This document shows positions 29,002-38,574 of a stretch of 64,000 nucleotides of DNA, in pieces; position 1 is the first letter of the stretch; the number at the start of each line of letters is the position of its first letter. The stretch is taken from contig JAGHSF010000019.1 in the NCBI GenBank assembly GCA_018065985.1, forward strand, positions 6,328 through 70,327, written 5' to 3'. The stretch comes from Candidatus Cryptobacteroides choladohippi. Its GTDB lineage: Bacteria; Bacteroidota; Bacteroidia; Bacteroidales; UBA932. The notes under the pieces were generated by a model. It was not told where the DNA came from and ran no database searches. It saw nothing but the letters and a program-made list of their open reading frames with translations. Position numbers and translations under genes: made by a program.

Positions 29002-29925
29002 TTACTCTTCCATTAACCACTCTTCAAGGTCCGGACCACCGGGCATTGAAAGATAGCAGTAGTTGAGGCCGAATCCACCGAGGCCATCGATATAATACCG
29101 GGCTGCAATCTGAACTACATCATCATCAGCGTAACCGCTTTCTTCATTCTCGGATGCATAGCTCTTGTTGAGTGCAGAAGGCAGGTAAGCCTTGATGTCG
29201 GCACCGGGTTTGCCATTATACCAGATACCGGTAAGCCAGAAGCCGTCCCATGTAACCTGCATGGTATCCTCATCCACAACCCAGAACTCGATGTACTCGC
29301 TGGGGGTAGCCTTGGCTGCGTCATCGCCCCACAACATGGCACGACGTTCAACGTCAGCATACGGATTCATGATACGGTAACGGAGAGCGCCGTCAGGGCT
29401 CTGGCGGATCTCACATTCCACAATTCCAAGATCGCCCTCGCTATCGTCCAGAATGACAGGGTCATAGAACTGTCCTACGCCAAGATTCTTCCATGCCTTC
29501 ACACAGTTGAAAGGAATGGTGACAGCCTTGTACAGAGAGGCCAGTTCCTTGGATGCCATATTGACCTCAAAATAGTATGAATCCTTGGGATCGAGCTTGT
29601 CATAATCATATACGACATTGGCTTTTGCCCTCTTTTCACCATTTGCAAAGGAAACGGTGTTGCTCTCAAGTGAGAAGAGTCCGGAATCGTCAACGATCGT
29701 GACATTGACATCAAGAGCACCATTGGCATCATTCCTCTCGAAGAATACTTCGACAGGATCGCCGCTGAGTTCAAGATTGGTGGGCATTGAAACGTCCAGA
29801 CCTACCGTGCAACTCGCAGTGTCCTTTTCACCCGGGACATACTCGGGAGCGGTCTTGACACATGACGAAAGGCCAAATGCAAAGACACATCCGAGAAGTA
29901 TAGCGTAAATCTTATTTGCTTTCAT
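29002..29925 (-). CDS. Hypothetical surface lipoprotein, third gene of Sus-like locus 1
   Basis: The lipobox reads AFGLSSC. I recognise no catalytic motif. It starts 15 nt downstream of the SusD-like gene. Confidence 0.5.
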   Translation of the reverse strand: MKANKIYAILLGCVFAFGLSSCVKTAPEYVPGEKDTASCTVGLDVSMPTNLELSGDPVEVFFERNDANGALDVNVTIVDDSGLFSLESNTVSFANGEKRAKANVVYDYDKLDPKDSYYFEVNMASKELASLYKAVTIPFNCVKAWKNLGVGQFYDPVILDDSEGDLGIVECEIRQSPDGALRYRIMNPYADVERRAMLWGDDAAKATPSEYIEFWVVDEDTMQVTWDGFWLTGIWYNGKPGADIKAYLPSALNKSYASENEESGYADDDVVQIAARYYIDGLGGFGLNYCYLSMPGGPDLEEWLMEE

Positions 29926-29939
29926 GATATATCTGAATA

Positions 29940-31652
29940 TTAGAATTCTTTTGTTGAGTTCGGAACCTTGTTGGTAGGGTTGGGGTTGTTGAGAGTCTGC
30001 CTTACACCATCAACCTCATTGGGAGTCATGCCTTCCTCGATGATGAAATCGTTGTTCTCGATCTCCTTGCGGGGAATGAGGAAGTTCCAGTAAGGGCTGA
30101 CCTCATTGATCTCATACTTGGCAATGTCATGGATGACGTTGGAACCCTTGTACCAGGTCTTGATACCCGGACGGATACGCTTTGCATCGAAGAAGCCTAC
30201 ACCCTCGCCGAGGAACTCGACACGCTTCTGGAAGAGAACCTCCTCAGAGAAGTTCTTCACGAAGCCTTCGTTGAAGCGGGCCTTTGCGGTAGCATAGCTG
30301 TAACCGGGATCTCTGTAGGTCTTCATGAAGTCCTCAAGGAGATCTGCGCCCTTATCTTCACCTTCGGTCAGGCCGACGGCCTCAGCCTCGATGAGGTACA
30401 TCTCCTCAACACGCATGATAGGGACGTCAGAGGCACCACCGACTGAATATGTCTCCCAGTCACCCTCTCTGCAGCGGAACTTGAAACACATGTAGTTGGG
30501 AAGTGACTCGAAAGGATATGCCTTCAGATAATCTGTGGAACCCCATTCGTAGTAGGTTTCAGGATAGTTTTCACGATCAGGGTCGATGAATGAACGCTTG
30601 CGGAAGTCGCTGCGGTTCAGTCTGTCATAGAGCCACTTGTGAAGGGCGAGCTGTGTAATGGAATTGTATCCCCAGTCTGACTCGCCGGCCAGGAAGCCGG
30701 CAGGATTGCAGAGGTTACCCATGTTGTTGGCTGAGATTGAGTAGTACCACATCCATGAGTTGTTGCCTGTAGCATCGCAGAATGCCTTGGTAGGGTCATG
30801 CCACTCATCTTCAGTAAGAGGGGTCTTGCCTGACTCGGTAATGGCCATGCGGGCATATGTTGCAGCATTCTTGTAGTCAAGGACAGACATGTACATACGT
30901 GCCTTCAGACCGTAAACGACTGCCAGTGAAGGGTAGCGGTTGTTCTGAGGAACATAGTTGATGCTCTTGAAGAGTGCCTCAGCCTTGTCGAGATCGGCAA
31001 AGACCTGTGCAGACATTACCTCCTTGGGTGCACGTGCTGACTTGAACTCGGGTGCGTCCTCTGAGCTTGAAAGGATGATGGGAGCTGTAAGGCCCTCGAC
31101 TGCAGAACAGTCGGTATACTCGTTCAGAGCAGGGAGGTACATGTTGTAGATATCGTGATACATGAGGGCACGATATACATATGCTGTACCGAGATAACCC
31201 TTGGTCTCTGCATTGAGTTCATCATCCTTGCCATAGAGAGGTCCGATGATGTCATTGGTGCTCTTGATGAACTTGTAGAGGGTCATGAAAGGAAGGGTCT
31301 GCTCTTCAGTGTTGTACTTCATATCACGGCCATACGCTCCTGTATAGTTCACCCACCAGTCGTAACCGATTGTCTTGGAGTTGTTGACAAAGTCACAGAG
31401 CATACGTGAGTATGTAATCTGCAGTCCTGCATACGAGATATCGAATTCCAGCTGCTCATCATCACCGAAGAAATAGTAAGGCTGATATGTCTGGGCTACA
31501 AGTCCGTCGACTGATGCGGTGAGTGCGGAAGGAGATTTTGCTACCTGATCGCTGGTGGCAGAAGATCCCATGGGGAAGGTTTCCTTGATACAGCCTGTCA
31601 GGAGAACTGATGCAAGCGCTGCTGCGAAAAGAGTATTGGAAATATTTTTCAT
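29940..31652 (-). CDS. SusD/RagB-family nutrient-binding outer-membrane lipoprotein
   Basis: The lipoprotein signal is MKNISNTLFAAALASVLLTGC. Size, TPR-like composition and position directly after a SusC-like gene all fit. The upstream 45 codons of the ORF-track call overlap susC and are rejected. Confidence 0.75.
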   Translation of the reverse strand: MKNISNTLFAAALASVLLTGCIKETFPMGSSATSDQVAKSPSALTASVDGLVAQTYQPYYFFGDDEQLEFDISYAGLQITYSRMLCDFVNNSKTIGYDWWVNYTGAYGRDMKYNTEEQTLPFMTLYKFIKSTNDIIGPLYGKDDELNAETKGYLGTAYVYRALMYHDIYNMYLPALNEYTDCSAVEGLTAPIILSSSEDAPEFKSARAPKEVMSAQVFADLDKAEALFKSINYVPQNNRYPSLAVVYGLKARMYMSVLDYKNAATYARMAITESGKTPLTEDEWHDPTKAFCDATGNNSWMWYYSISANNMGNLCNPAGFLAGESDWGYNSITQLALHKWLYDRLNRSDFRKRSFIDPDRENYPETYYEWGSTDYLKAYPFESLPNYMCFKFRCREGDWETYSVGGASDVPIMRVEEMYLIEAEAVGLTEGEDKGADLLEDFMKTYRDPGYSYATAKARFNEGFVKNFSEEVLFQKRVEFLGEGVGFFDAKRIRPGIKTWYKGSNVIHDIAKYEINEVSPYWNFLIPRKEIENNDFIIEEGMTPNEVDGVRQTLNNPNPTNKVPNSTKEF

Positions 31653-31669
31653 TGTAGAATCCTCCAAAA

Positions 31670-34600
31670 TTAGAATTTGACAGTAATGCCACCTGAGACA
31701 GTTCTCATAGGAGAGTAGTGAGTTGCAGAAGTTGAACTGCTGAAGCTCTGACGTGGATCGAAGCCCTGACGGCAAGACCAGTACCATACATTCTCAGCCG
31801 CAGCGTAGATTCTGAGTGAGCTTACGAGGAACTTCTTCGAGATGCGCTCAGGAAGGGTGTAGCCGAGATTGATGTTCTGAAGGTTCAGATAGCTTGCAGA
31901 TGTAAGCCACCTGGTAGATGATGCGTTGCTGTATGTCTCAGCATAGGCAAAACGGGGAATATTGGTATCGGTATTCTCCGGTGTCCATGAGTTGAGCAGG
32001 TCGACATGGTAGTTGTAACCAGTGTGCGAGTTGGTAGGCGAGCTCATGAATGACTGGTATCCGCTGTCCCACTGATGACCGCCGAGCTGGTATGTGAAGT
32101 TCATTGAAAGATCGAAGCCATATGCCCTGAGAGATGTACCGAAGCCGCCGAATACGGGAGCAAGGGTGCTCTTGCGGGTGATGTACCTTGTAGCTGCAGT
32201 GTAATCATCGGTCTTTGTGACTTCCTTGACCATATAGTCGCCGTCTGCGTCCTTGTACTGCTCACCATCCTTGTCGTTATAGAGCTCGATATGGTTCCAG
32301 AGTGACTTTCCGGTCTCAGAATCCACGCCCTGATAGTCATAGGTGTACCAGGTGTACATGGGAAGGCCCTCTGCGAGGAAGAATCCGCCGCTGGTGTATC
32401 CCTTGTACTTCTTGCCGTTCTCATCGTATGCAGTGGTGGTGATCACAGCCGGATCAAGCTTCTTGATCTTGTTCTTGAGGTATGACATGTTGACATTGAA
32501 GTCCCACTGGATATCCTTGGTGTTGATGAGGTTGAAGTTGAGATCAAGCTCGACACCGCGGTTGCTCATGTCACCCACGTTCTTGTAGATTGAGCTGTAG
32601 CCCTGTGAAGGAGGTACAGGGAAGCTGAAGAGAAGGTCAGTGGTGAGTCGGTTGAAGTACTCGAAGCTACCGCTGATTCTGCCGCCGAGTGAAGAGAACT
32701 CGAAACCGGCATTGATGTTGGTATTGGTCTCCCAGGTGATGTCAGGGTTACCCTTTGTAGAGAAGATGGTTGAAACATTGCCGTCAGAAGGTGCAATGTC
32801 GAACATATCCACATATTTGTAGTTACCGATACCGTCGTTACCCTGGCTGCCGATGGAAGCCTTTACCTTGAACTCGTCGAAGGCGGGAACATTGAACCAG
32901 TCCTCCTTGCTGAGGATCCATGCAGCACCTGCACTCCAGAAGTTACCCCAGCGGTGAGCGGGATGGAAGTGTGAGGATGCATCACGGCGGAATGAAGCGG
33001 ATGCGAAGATCTTCTCTGCGTAGTTGTACTGTGCACGTGCGAAGTAACCCTCGACATCGTATTCAGACTGTGAAGAGAAAGCGCCCTGGCCGTCGACAAC
33101 GGCACCGTCAAGTTCGGTGTTCTCCTGTGAGAACATCTTGCTCTTGCTGCCGCCTACCTCATAATCCTTCAGATCATAGTACTCATGACCTGCGAGGAGT
33201 TCCATGTTGTGGAGGCCGAATGACTTCTTGTAGTTGATGAGCTGCTGGGTGTTCCAGGCATAGCTGCGGGTATGGTAAACTTCAACGGTACCGCCGGTTG
33301 AACGGAACTGGCCGTAGTAAGGGTTGTACACATATTTTCCACGGGTCTCATCGAGGTTGGCAGCCGCATTGACAGTGATTGTGAGGCCCTCGATGGGCTT
33401 GATGTCGATGAAGCCGTTTGCCGTCATTGCGTTACCCTCGGAGTTCCTGGTGTTGTAACGGTTTGCAAGGAACGGGTTTGCGTTGGTGATGAAAGGACGG
33501 CCGGTGCCGGGGATACCACCCTGGTCGAGGTTGCCGTTACCATGATCCATCACCTGGATGCCGTTTGCGTCCTTGTAGATGGAACCATCAGCATTCCTTA
33601 TATAAAGAGGATATACGGGAGCCATCTGGGAAACATATGCCCAGATGTTGGCTGTAGAGCTGTCGTTACCGTCATTGCCAAGGCTGTTGAAATTGAACTT
33701 GGTGTATGACATGTTGGTTCCGACCTTCATCCAGTCCTTGGCCTGGTAGGTACCCTTCAGACGTGCGGTAAGACGCTTGTGGTCTGACTTCTCGGTAATA
33801 CCTTCGTTGTCGAGGTATGAGATTGAAGAGAAATATGAGAGGCGGTTCTCTGCGCCTGATACTGTAAGGGTGTATTCCTGACGGACACCGTTGCGATATG
33901 CGTATTTGCCCCAGTCGTCAGGCTGTACGTAGAAGTCACCGAGCACATTGCCGATGGTGGCGTTGGGGTTGACCTTTCCGTTGCGGCCCATGAGAAGCTC
34001 TCCCTCGGGAACGCTGAAAATGGGATAGCCAAGACCGCCTGACTCAGCATCATTGATGCTCTGGTTGGCCTTGATGTATGCAACTGCATCGTTCAGACCA
34101 AGTCCGTCAGCATTGGTGTAGTAGTTGTACAATGCCTTGTAGTGCTGCTCATAGTAAGCTCTGGGATCAGTGAGGACATTGTATTTGCGGAGTGCGTTGG
34201 TATTGACACCGATCTTTGCGTCAAGAGAAACGACAGCCTGTCCTTTCTTTGCGCTCTTGGTTGTGATCATGATGACACCGTTGGCACCGCGGGCACCGTA
34301 AAGTGCGTTTGAGGCAGCGTCCTTGAGAACTGTCATGCTCTCGATATCGGAAGGTGCGATGTTGTTCATGTCGCCGTCATAAGGTGTACCGTCGACAACG
34401 ATGAGAGGGCTGTTGCCCGCGTTGATCGAGCTGATACCACGGATACGGATCGTAGGGTTGGAACCAGGTGCACCGTTTGAAGAAACGAGCTGTACACCGG
34501 CTACCTGACCGGCAAGGGCACTTGTCACGTTTGTCACCTGTGAAAGGCTGAGCGCCTCGTCGTCCAGAACCTTTGCCGAACCGGTGAAGGCTTCCTTTGT

Positions 34601-34939
34601 GGAAGTACCGAATGCGACTACGATGGTCTCGTTGAGCATTTCCAGATCGGGATCAAGTGCGACGTTGATGACCGACCTGCCATTTACAGCAACCTCAGCG
34701 TCCTTGAAACCGATGGTGGTAAAGCCAAGAGTTGCGTTTGCCGGAACGGAGATGGAATAGTTACCGTCATTGTCGGCAACGACACCATTGGGAGTTCCCT
34801 TAACGAGAATGGCGGCTCCTGACAGGGGCTCCCCCGTAGAAGAGTCTGTCACGACACCCTTCACAGTGATATTCTGCGCAAAAGCGAATACGCTGAGCAG
34901 AAGGGCAGCAGCCGTGAAAAACATTTTAAGTTTTCTCAT
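31670..34939 (-). CDS. SusC/RagA-family TonB-dependent outer-membrane transporter
   Basis: After the signal peptide comes a carboxypeptidase-regulatory-like domain (ITVKGVVTDSSTGEPLSGAAILVKGT). Plug-region motifs are IRIRGISSINAGNSPLIVVDG and NALYGARGANGVIMITTK. The C-terminus is GGITVKF. Confidence 0.9.
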   Translation of the reverse strand: MRKLKMFFTAAALLLSVFAFAQNITVKGVVTDSSTGEPLSGAAILVKGTPNGVVADNDGNYSISVPANATLGFTTIGFKDAEVAVNGRSVINVALDPDLEMLNETIVVAFGTSTKEAFTGSAKVLDDEALSLSQVTNVTSALAGQVAGVQLVSSNGAPGSNPTIRIRGISSINAGNSPLIVVDGTPYDGDMNNIAPSDIESMTVLKDAASNALYGARGANGVIMITTKSAKKGQAVVSLDAKIGVNTNALRKYNVLTDPRAYYEQHYKALYNYYTNADGLGLNDAVAYIKANQSINDAESGGLGYPIFSVPEGELLMGRNGKVNPNATIGNVLGDFYVQPDDWGKYAYRNGVRQEYTLTVSGAENRLSYFSSISYLDNEGITEKSDHKRLTARLKGTYQAKDWMKVGTNMSYTKFNFNSLGNDGNDSSTANIWAYVSQMAPVYPLYIRNADGSIYKDANGIQVMDHGNGNLDQGGIPGTGRPFITNANPFLANRYNTRNSEGNAMTANGFIDIKPIEGLTITVNAAANLDETRGKYVYNPYYGQFRSTGGTVEVYHTRSYAWNTQQLINYKKSFGLHNMELLAGHEYYDLKDYEVGGSKSKMFSQENTELDGAVVDGQGAFSSQSEYDVEGYFARAQYNYAEKIFASASFRRDASSHFHPAHRWGNFWSAGAAWILSKEDWFNVPAFDEFKVKASIGSQGNDGIGNYKYVDMFDIAPSDGNVSTIFSTKGNPDITWETNTNINAGFEFSSLGGRISGSFEYFNRLTTDLLFSFPVPPSQGYSSIYKNVGDMSNRGVELDLNFNLINTKDIQWDFNVNMSYLKNKIKKLDPAVITTTAYDENGKKYKGYTSGGFFLAEGLPMYTWYTYDYQGVDSETGKSLWNHIELYNDKDGEQYKDADGDYMVKEVTKTDDYTAATRYITRKSTLAPVFGGFGTSLRAYGFDLSMNFTYQLGGHQWDSGYQSFMSSPTNSHTGYNYHVDLLNSWTPENTDTNIPRFAYAETYSNASSTRWLTSASYLNLQNINLGYTLPERISKKFLVSSLRIYAAAENVWYWSCRQGFDPRQSFSSSTSATHYSPMRTVSGGITVKF

Positions 34940-35269
34940 TGGTTGAAATTTTAATTAAACAAATAACTATACTAACTTAACTCTAGTTCAAGTATTCACA
35001 CACCACCCCATTCAGAAAATGGGCTTATCGCGCAAGTTCGGAATTATTTTGGTCAATTCCAAAAGATTACACAATCAAAACGCCCCTGCGAGGCCACTGC
35101 CGCACATGGCTTAAGGTTTACATTTGTTATATTTCCCCCGAAAGAACTTTCAAATTATAAGCAAACAGCAATGCGTTATTATGATAAACACCAGAATACT
35201 CCCAAAAATTAAAAAATTATAAAAGAATTTTCATACCCCGTCATTTGCAACAAATCCGTTAATTCTTAC

Positions 35270-35277
35270 TACATTTG
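35270..35277 (+). promoter_or_regulatory. Candidate -7 promoter box (TACATTTG) for the S8 peptidase operon
   Basis: It matches TAnnTTTG and lies 47 nt upstream of ATG 35324. A TTTG (catttgcaac) sits about 25 nt further upstream. Confidence 0.4.
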
Positions 35278-35323
35278 TCATATAGCGACCGGCATTCACA
35301 ACATCAAGGTCGAAAGCTTTGAA

Positions 35324-37579
35324 ATGAGAAATTTCAGATTATCAATTGTAAGCATGGCGCTGGCGGCAGCCGTTTCCTGCACGGGAGAACTGCCGGAGCG
35401 CAGCCCCAACCAGGATAACGAAGCCGCCGGACAGGCAAAGGAGGTCTGTATCCGCGGAATGCTGAACGTCGAGTTCACCGAAGAGATGGCAAGGCACATC
35501 GAGACCTCCGGCGAAGAGGCCCTGCTGGCCGAAATGCACGAATATGGAATAGATTCTCTTGTCAGGATGTTCCCCGATGCCGGAGAGTTCGAGGCAAGGC
35601 ACCGTGAAGCCGGGCTGCACCGGTGGTACAAGGTCTCCTACGACCCGGCCGTCCCCGCCACAAAGGCCGCGGCCAGCTTCAGGGAGATTCCCGGGGCCGT
35701 GACTGTCGAAATCCCAAGAAAGAAGCATGCGGCCTCATCATTCCCCTTCAACGACCCATACGCGGGCGAGCAGTGGAATCTCTGCAACACAGCACAGCTA
35801 AGAGGCTTCGTGAAGGATGTCGACATCAATGTCATTCCGCTCTGGGGCATTACCGGCGGCAGCAAGGACGTGATAGTGAACGTGGTCGACACCGGCATCG
35901 ACATGGACCACGAGGATCTGCAGGGGGTATGCATCCCTGCTGACAGCCACGGCAGCCGCAACTTCGTCTACGGGCAGGAAGGCTACAGGATAACCAAGGG
36001 CAGCCACGGCACCCACGTTGCAGGCACGATAGCGGCCATCAGCAACAACGGCAAGGGAATCAGCGGAATCGCAGGCGGACTTGACGGCAAGGGAGGTGTC
36101 CGCATCCTCAACTCCCAGATCTTTTATGAAAGGGATGACGGCAAAGAAGACGGCGGCGACAGCGAGGCCGCGATAGTATGGGGCGCCGACCACGGCGCAC
36201 TGATAAGCCAGAACAGCTGGGGCTATGTCTACGAGAGCGAGCAGGAGGCCAAGGCTGCAGGGGTCCCCAGGGCGTTCAAGGCGGCAGTGGACTACTTCAT
36301 CAAGAACGCAGGCTGTGACGCGAACGGCGAGCAGACCGGCCTGATGAAGGGCGGTCTGGTGGTATTCGCTGCAGGAAACGAGGGATGGGCCTACGCGCAT
36401 CCCGCCGATTACGAACCGATAATGGCAGTCGGCGCAATAGGCCCCGACGGACGCCGCGCCACATATTCGAACTATGGCAGCTGGGTCGACATCTGCGCCC
36501 CCGGAGGCGAGTTCTACAGATTCACCGACCCCATGGCAATGATTCTGGCACCTGCCGGCGGCGAGTACTACTACATGCCCGGCACATCCATGGCCTGCCC
36601 GCATGTGAGCGGAGTGGCGGCACTGCTGATATCTGCCCTCGGAGGACCCGGCTTCACCAATGAAGACCTCAGGGGGATTCTTCTCGACGGAGCGAACCAC
36701 AGCTGCGGGACAAGCGAGATGATAGGGCCCCTGCTCGATGCGTACGGATCATATCTGGCCTACAGCGGCGAGGAAACCCCGCCTGTGATCAAGTCCGACT
36801 ACTATGGCAATTACACCATACGCGGGCACGAAAAGCTTGTTGTGAATTACACCGCAACCAGCAGGAAATCCAAGGTCAGCATCACCGCAAGCTGCGACGG
36901 TTCGGCAAAATACAGGATAGACGGGCAGAGATGCGAGGTCAGCTTCAACGACGCCAGCGGCAAATGGACAGGAACGCACACCCTGACCATCACCGCCACC
37001 AGCGAGAGTGGCAAAAGCACAACGCAGACAATATCCTACACGATTCTCGAGAACCATGCACCCTATGTGCTGCGGGAAGTCCGGGACGTGGTGTTCAAAT
37101 CGGCAGGTGAAAGTCTGGAGGAGAAGCTGGCCTCCGTGTTCAGAGACGATGACGGCGGCACACTCAGCTACAGCTGCAGCTGCAGCGACGAAACAGCCAT
37201 CGGCTGCTCACTTGACGGCAGCACGCTCATACTGAACGCGCTGGGCAACGGCGCCGCGACAATCACCCTGACCGCCACCGACCCCTGCGGACTCAGCTGC
37301 AGCACCAGTTTCAGGGCAGGAGTCTTCGACGGCAGGAACGGACCGGAAATATATCCTGTGCCTGTCGAGGACTGGATGAACATACTCGTAGCCGGAATCA
37401 GCGACACCGACGTAACCATCTACAACTCTGCAGGGAAGAGACTGTACTCGTCGCACAATCCGGGTGCCAGCGTACTCGATCCGGTAAGGGTAGACATGAG
37501 CGGATTCGCACCGGGAAGATACAGGGTCGAGGTAACATACCTCAACAGGACCTTCAGGAAAAACGTAACAAAGAAATGA
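35324..37579 (+). CDS. S8-family (subtilisin-like) serine peptidase with N-terminal propeptide-like region, Ig-like middle domains and a T9SS-type C-terminal sorting domain
   Basis: The catalytic triad contexts are VVDTGIDMDHEDL, SHGTHVAGTIAA and GTSMACPHVSGVAALL. The tail reads IYPVPVEDWMNILVAGISDTDVTIYNSAGKRLYS ... FAPGRYRVEVTYLNRTFRKNVTKK and resembles Por/T9SS CTDs. The N-terminus has a lipobox-like AAAVSC. Confidence 0.88.
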   Translation: MRNFRLSIVSMALAAAVSCTGELPERSPNQDNEAAGQAKEVCIRGMLNVEFTEEMARHIETSGEEALLAEMHEYGIDSLVRMFPDAGEFEARHREAGLHRWYKVSYDPAVPATKAAASFREIPGAVTVEIPRKKHAASSFPFNDPYAGEQWNLCNTAQLRGFVKDVDINVIPLWGITGGSKDVIVNVVDTGIDMDHEDLQGVCIPADSHGSRNFVYGQEGYRITKGSHGTHVAGTIAAISNNGKGISGIAGGLDGKGGVRILNSQIFYERDDGKEDGGDSEAAIVWGADHGALISQNSWGYVYESEQEAKAAGVPRAFKAAVDYFIKNAGCDANGEQTGLMKGGLVVFAAGNEGWAYAHPADYEPIMAVGAIGPDGRRATYSNYGSWVDICAPGGEFYRFTDPMAMILAPAGGEYYYMPGTSMACPHVSGVAALLISALGGPGFTNEDLRGILLDGANHSCGTSEMIGPLLDAYGSYLAYSGEETPPVIKSDYYGNYTIRGHEKLVVNYTATSRKSKVSITASCDGSAKYRIDGQRCEVSFNDASGKWTGTHTLTITATSESGKSTTQTISYTILENHAPYVLREVRDVVFKSAGESLEEKLASVFRDDDGGTLSYSCSCSDETAIGCSLDGSTLILNALGNGAATITLTATDPCGLSCSTSFRAGVFDGRNGPEIYPVPVEDWMNILVAGISDTDVTIYNSAGKRLYSSHNPGASVLDPVRVDMSGFAPGRYRVEVTYLNRTFRKNVTKK

Positions 37580-38388
37580 AAAGGACAGCACTGACATTAC
37601 TTGCCACAGCGCTGATTCAGTTCGGCGCAGCCGCACAGGTGGAAAGCGTGCTGTTCCCGTTCATGGAGTTCAGCCATGACGCCGTGAGGGCAGCCATGGG
37701 CGGCGTATCCCTGCTTCAGGACAGGAATGACGTAGCCCTCAGCTATCAGAACTGGAGCGCATCCTCCACATCGTACGCAAATCTTGACGCTGCAGCCACT
37801 TTCGGCGCCCTGACACTGAAGGCCGGCGTCACAGCCGGCATCATCGCGGACGCAGAAGCATCCGGAATCTCGGAAAAGATGATATCCATCGGCGCAGGAT
37901 ACAGATTCAGCCGCATGCTGGCTGCGGAAGTCAAAGGCAGATACTGCTCGGCAGGCTGCTCCCCCGACGCCAGCGCCTCCGGATTCAACGCAGACGCCCT
38001 TCTCAAGGGGTTCTTCAAGGATGCAAGGGTAGCGCTCGGAGTTACAGGGCTCGGCCCCAGGGTACAGGGATTCAGGCAGCCATCCGCCCTGGCATTCGCC
38101 GGTGCCTGCGGCAAGGAGTTCGGAGAAGGGACGGATACCCACAGCATCGAGGCAGAGATTGACGTCAAATATTACCTTGTCGGAGCAGTCGCCGCTTCGG
38201 CGGGCGTCGAATACTGTTACAACAGGTTGCTCTCTGTTCGGGCGGGTGCTCACGCCGGAGGCATCACCGGCACCCATGCATCGGTCGGCCTGGGGCTCAG
38301 TTTAAAAGGTTTCCACATCGACGGATGCTACCTTGCCGGAGGGCAGATAACCAACTCATTCTGCATAGGACTGGGGTACAGGTTCTGA
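37576..38388 (+). CDS. Outer-membrane beta-barrel protein, possibly PorV/PorQ-like, translationally coupled to the S8 peptidase
   Basis: The start overlaps the peptidase stop (ATGA). The signal peptide ends in AAAQ. The motif AVRAAMGGVSLL resembles the N-terminal motif of PorV/PorQ-type barrels. The C-terminus is GLGYRF. The family assignment is uncertain. Confidence 0.5.
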   Translation: MKRTALTLLATALIQFGAAAQVESVLFPFMEFSHDAVRAAMGGVSLLQDRNDVALSYQNWSASSTSYANLDAAATFGALTLKAGVTAGIIADAEASGISEKMISIGAGYRFSRMLAAEVKGRYCSAGCSPDASASGFNADALLKGFFKDARVALGVTGLGPRVQGFRQPSALAFAGACGKEFGEGTDTHSIEAEIDVKYYLVGAVAASAGVEYCYNRLLSVRAGAHAGGITGTHASVGLGLSLKGFHIDGCYLAGGQITNSFCIGLGYRF

Positions 38389-38430
38389 CAACAAGCCGCC
38401 TGGAAACGCGCGGCAATCGGCAATAAAACG

Positions 38431-38461
38431 AAAAACCTGCTGAAAATCAGCAGGTTTTCTT
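38431..38461. terminator. Bidirectional rho-independent terminator between convergent units
   Basis: aaaaacctgctga-aaa-tcagcaggttttct has a 9-bp stem flanked by an A-run and a T-run. It can therefore serve both the plus-strand barrel gene and the minus-strand atp/tRNA unit. Confidence 0.8.
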
Positions 38462-38469
38462 TGAAAATG

Positions 38470-38543
38470 TCGGGATGACTCGACTCGAACGAGCGACCCC
38501 CACGTCCCTAACGTGGTGCGCTAGCCAACTGCGCCACATCCCG
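38470..38543 (-). tRNA. tRNA-Pro, anticodon read as AGG
   Basis: My hand-folded 74-nt cloverleaf is CGGGATG TG GCGC AGTTGGCTA GCGC A CCACG TTAGGGA CGTGG GGGTC GCTCG TTCGAGT CGAGT CATCCCG A. The D-arm, anticodon arm and variable region closely resemble the E. coli tRNA-Pro pattern (GGCGCAG..TAGCGCAC....GTTNGGGAC....GGGGTCG). No CCA is encoded. Confidence 0.85.
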
Positions 38544-38574
38544 ATTCCCTTAACGGGATTGCAAATGTAGTAAA

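Noticed and set aside
31653-31787. 45-codon N-terminal extension of the SusD-like ORF given in the ORF track
   Set aside because: It overlaps the 3' end of susC. A canonical lipoprotein signal begins at the internal Met (31652). The extended starts at 26039 (polyferredoxin), 26067 (thiamine diphosphokinase), 49508 (Ser-rich protein), 45174 (atpD), 12010 (rnfG) and 8347 (nfnB-like) were trimmed by the same logic.
35798-36700. 300-aa minus-strand ORF
   Set aside because: It is antisense to the catalytic core of the S8 peptidase, whose D/H/S triad motifs are unambiguous on the plus strand.
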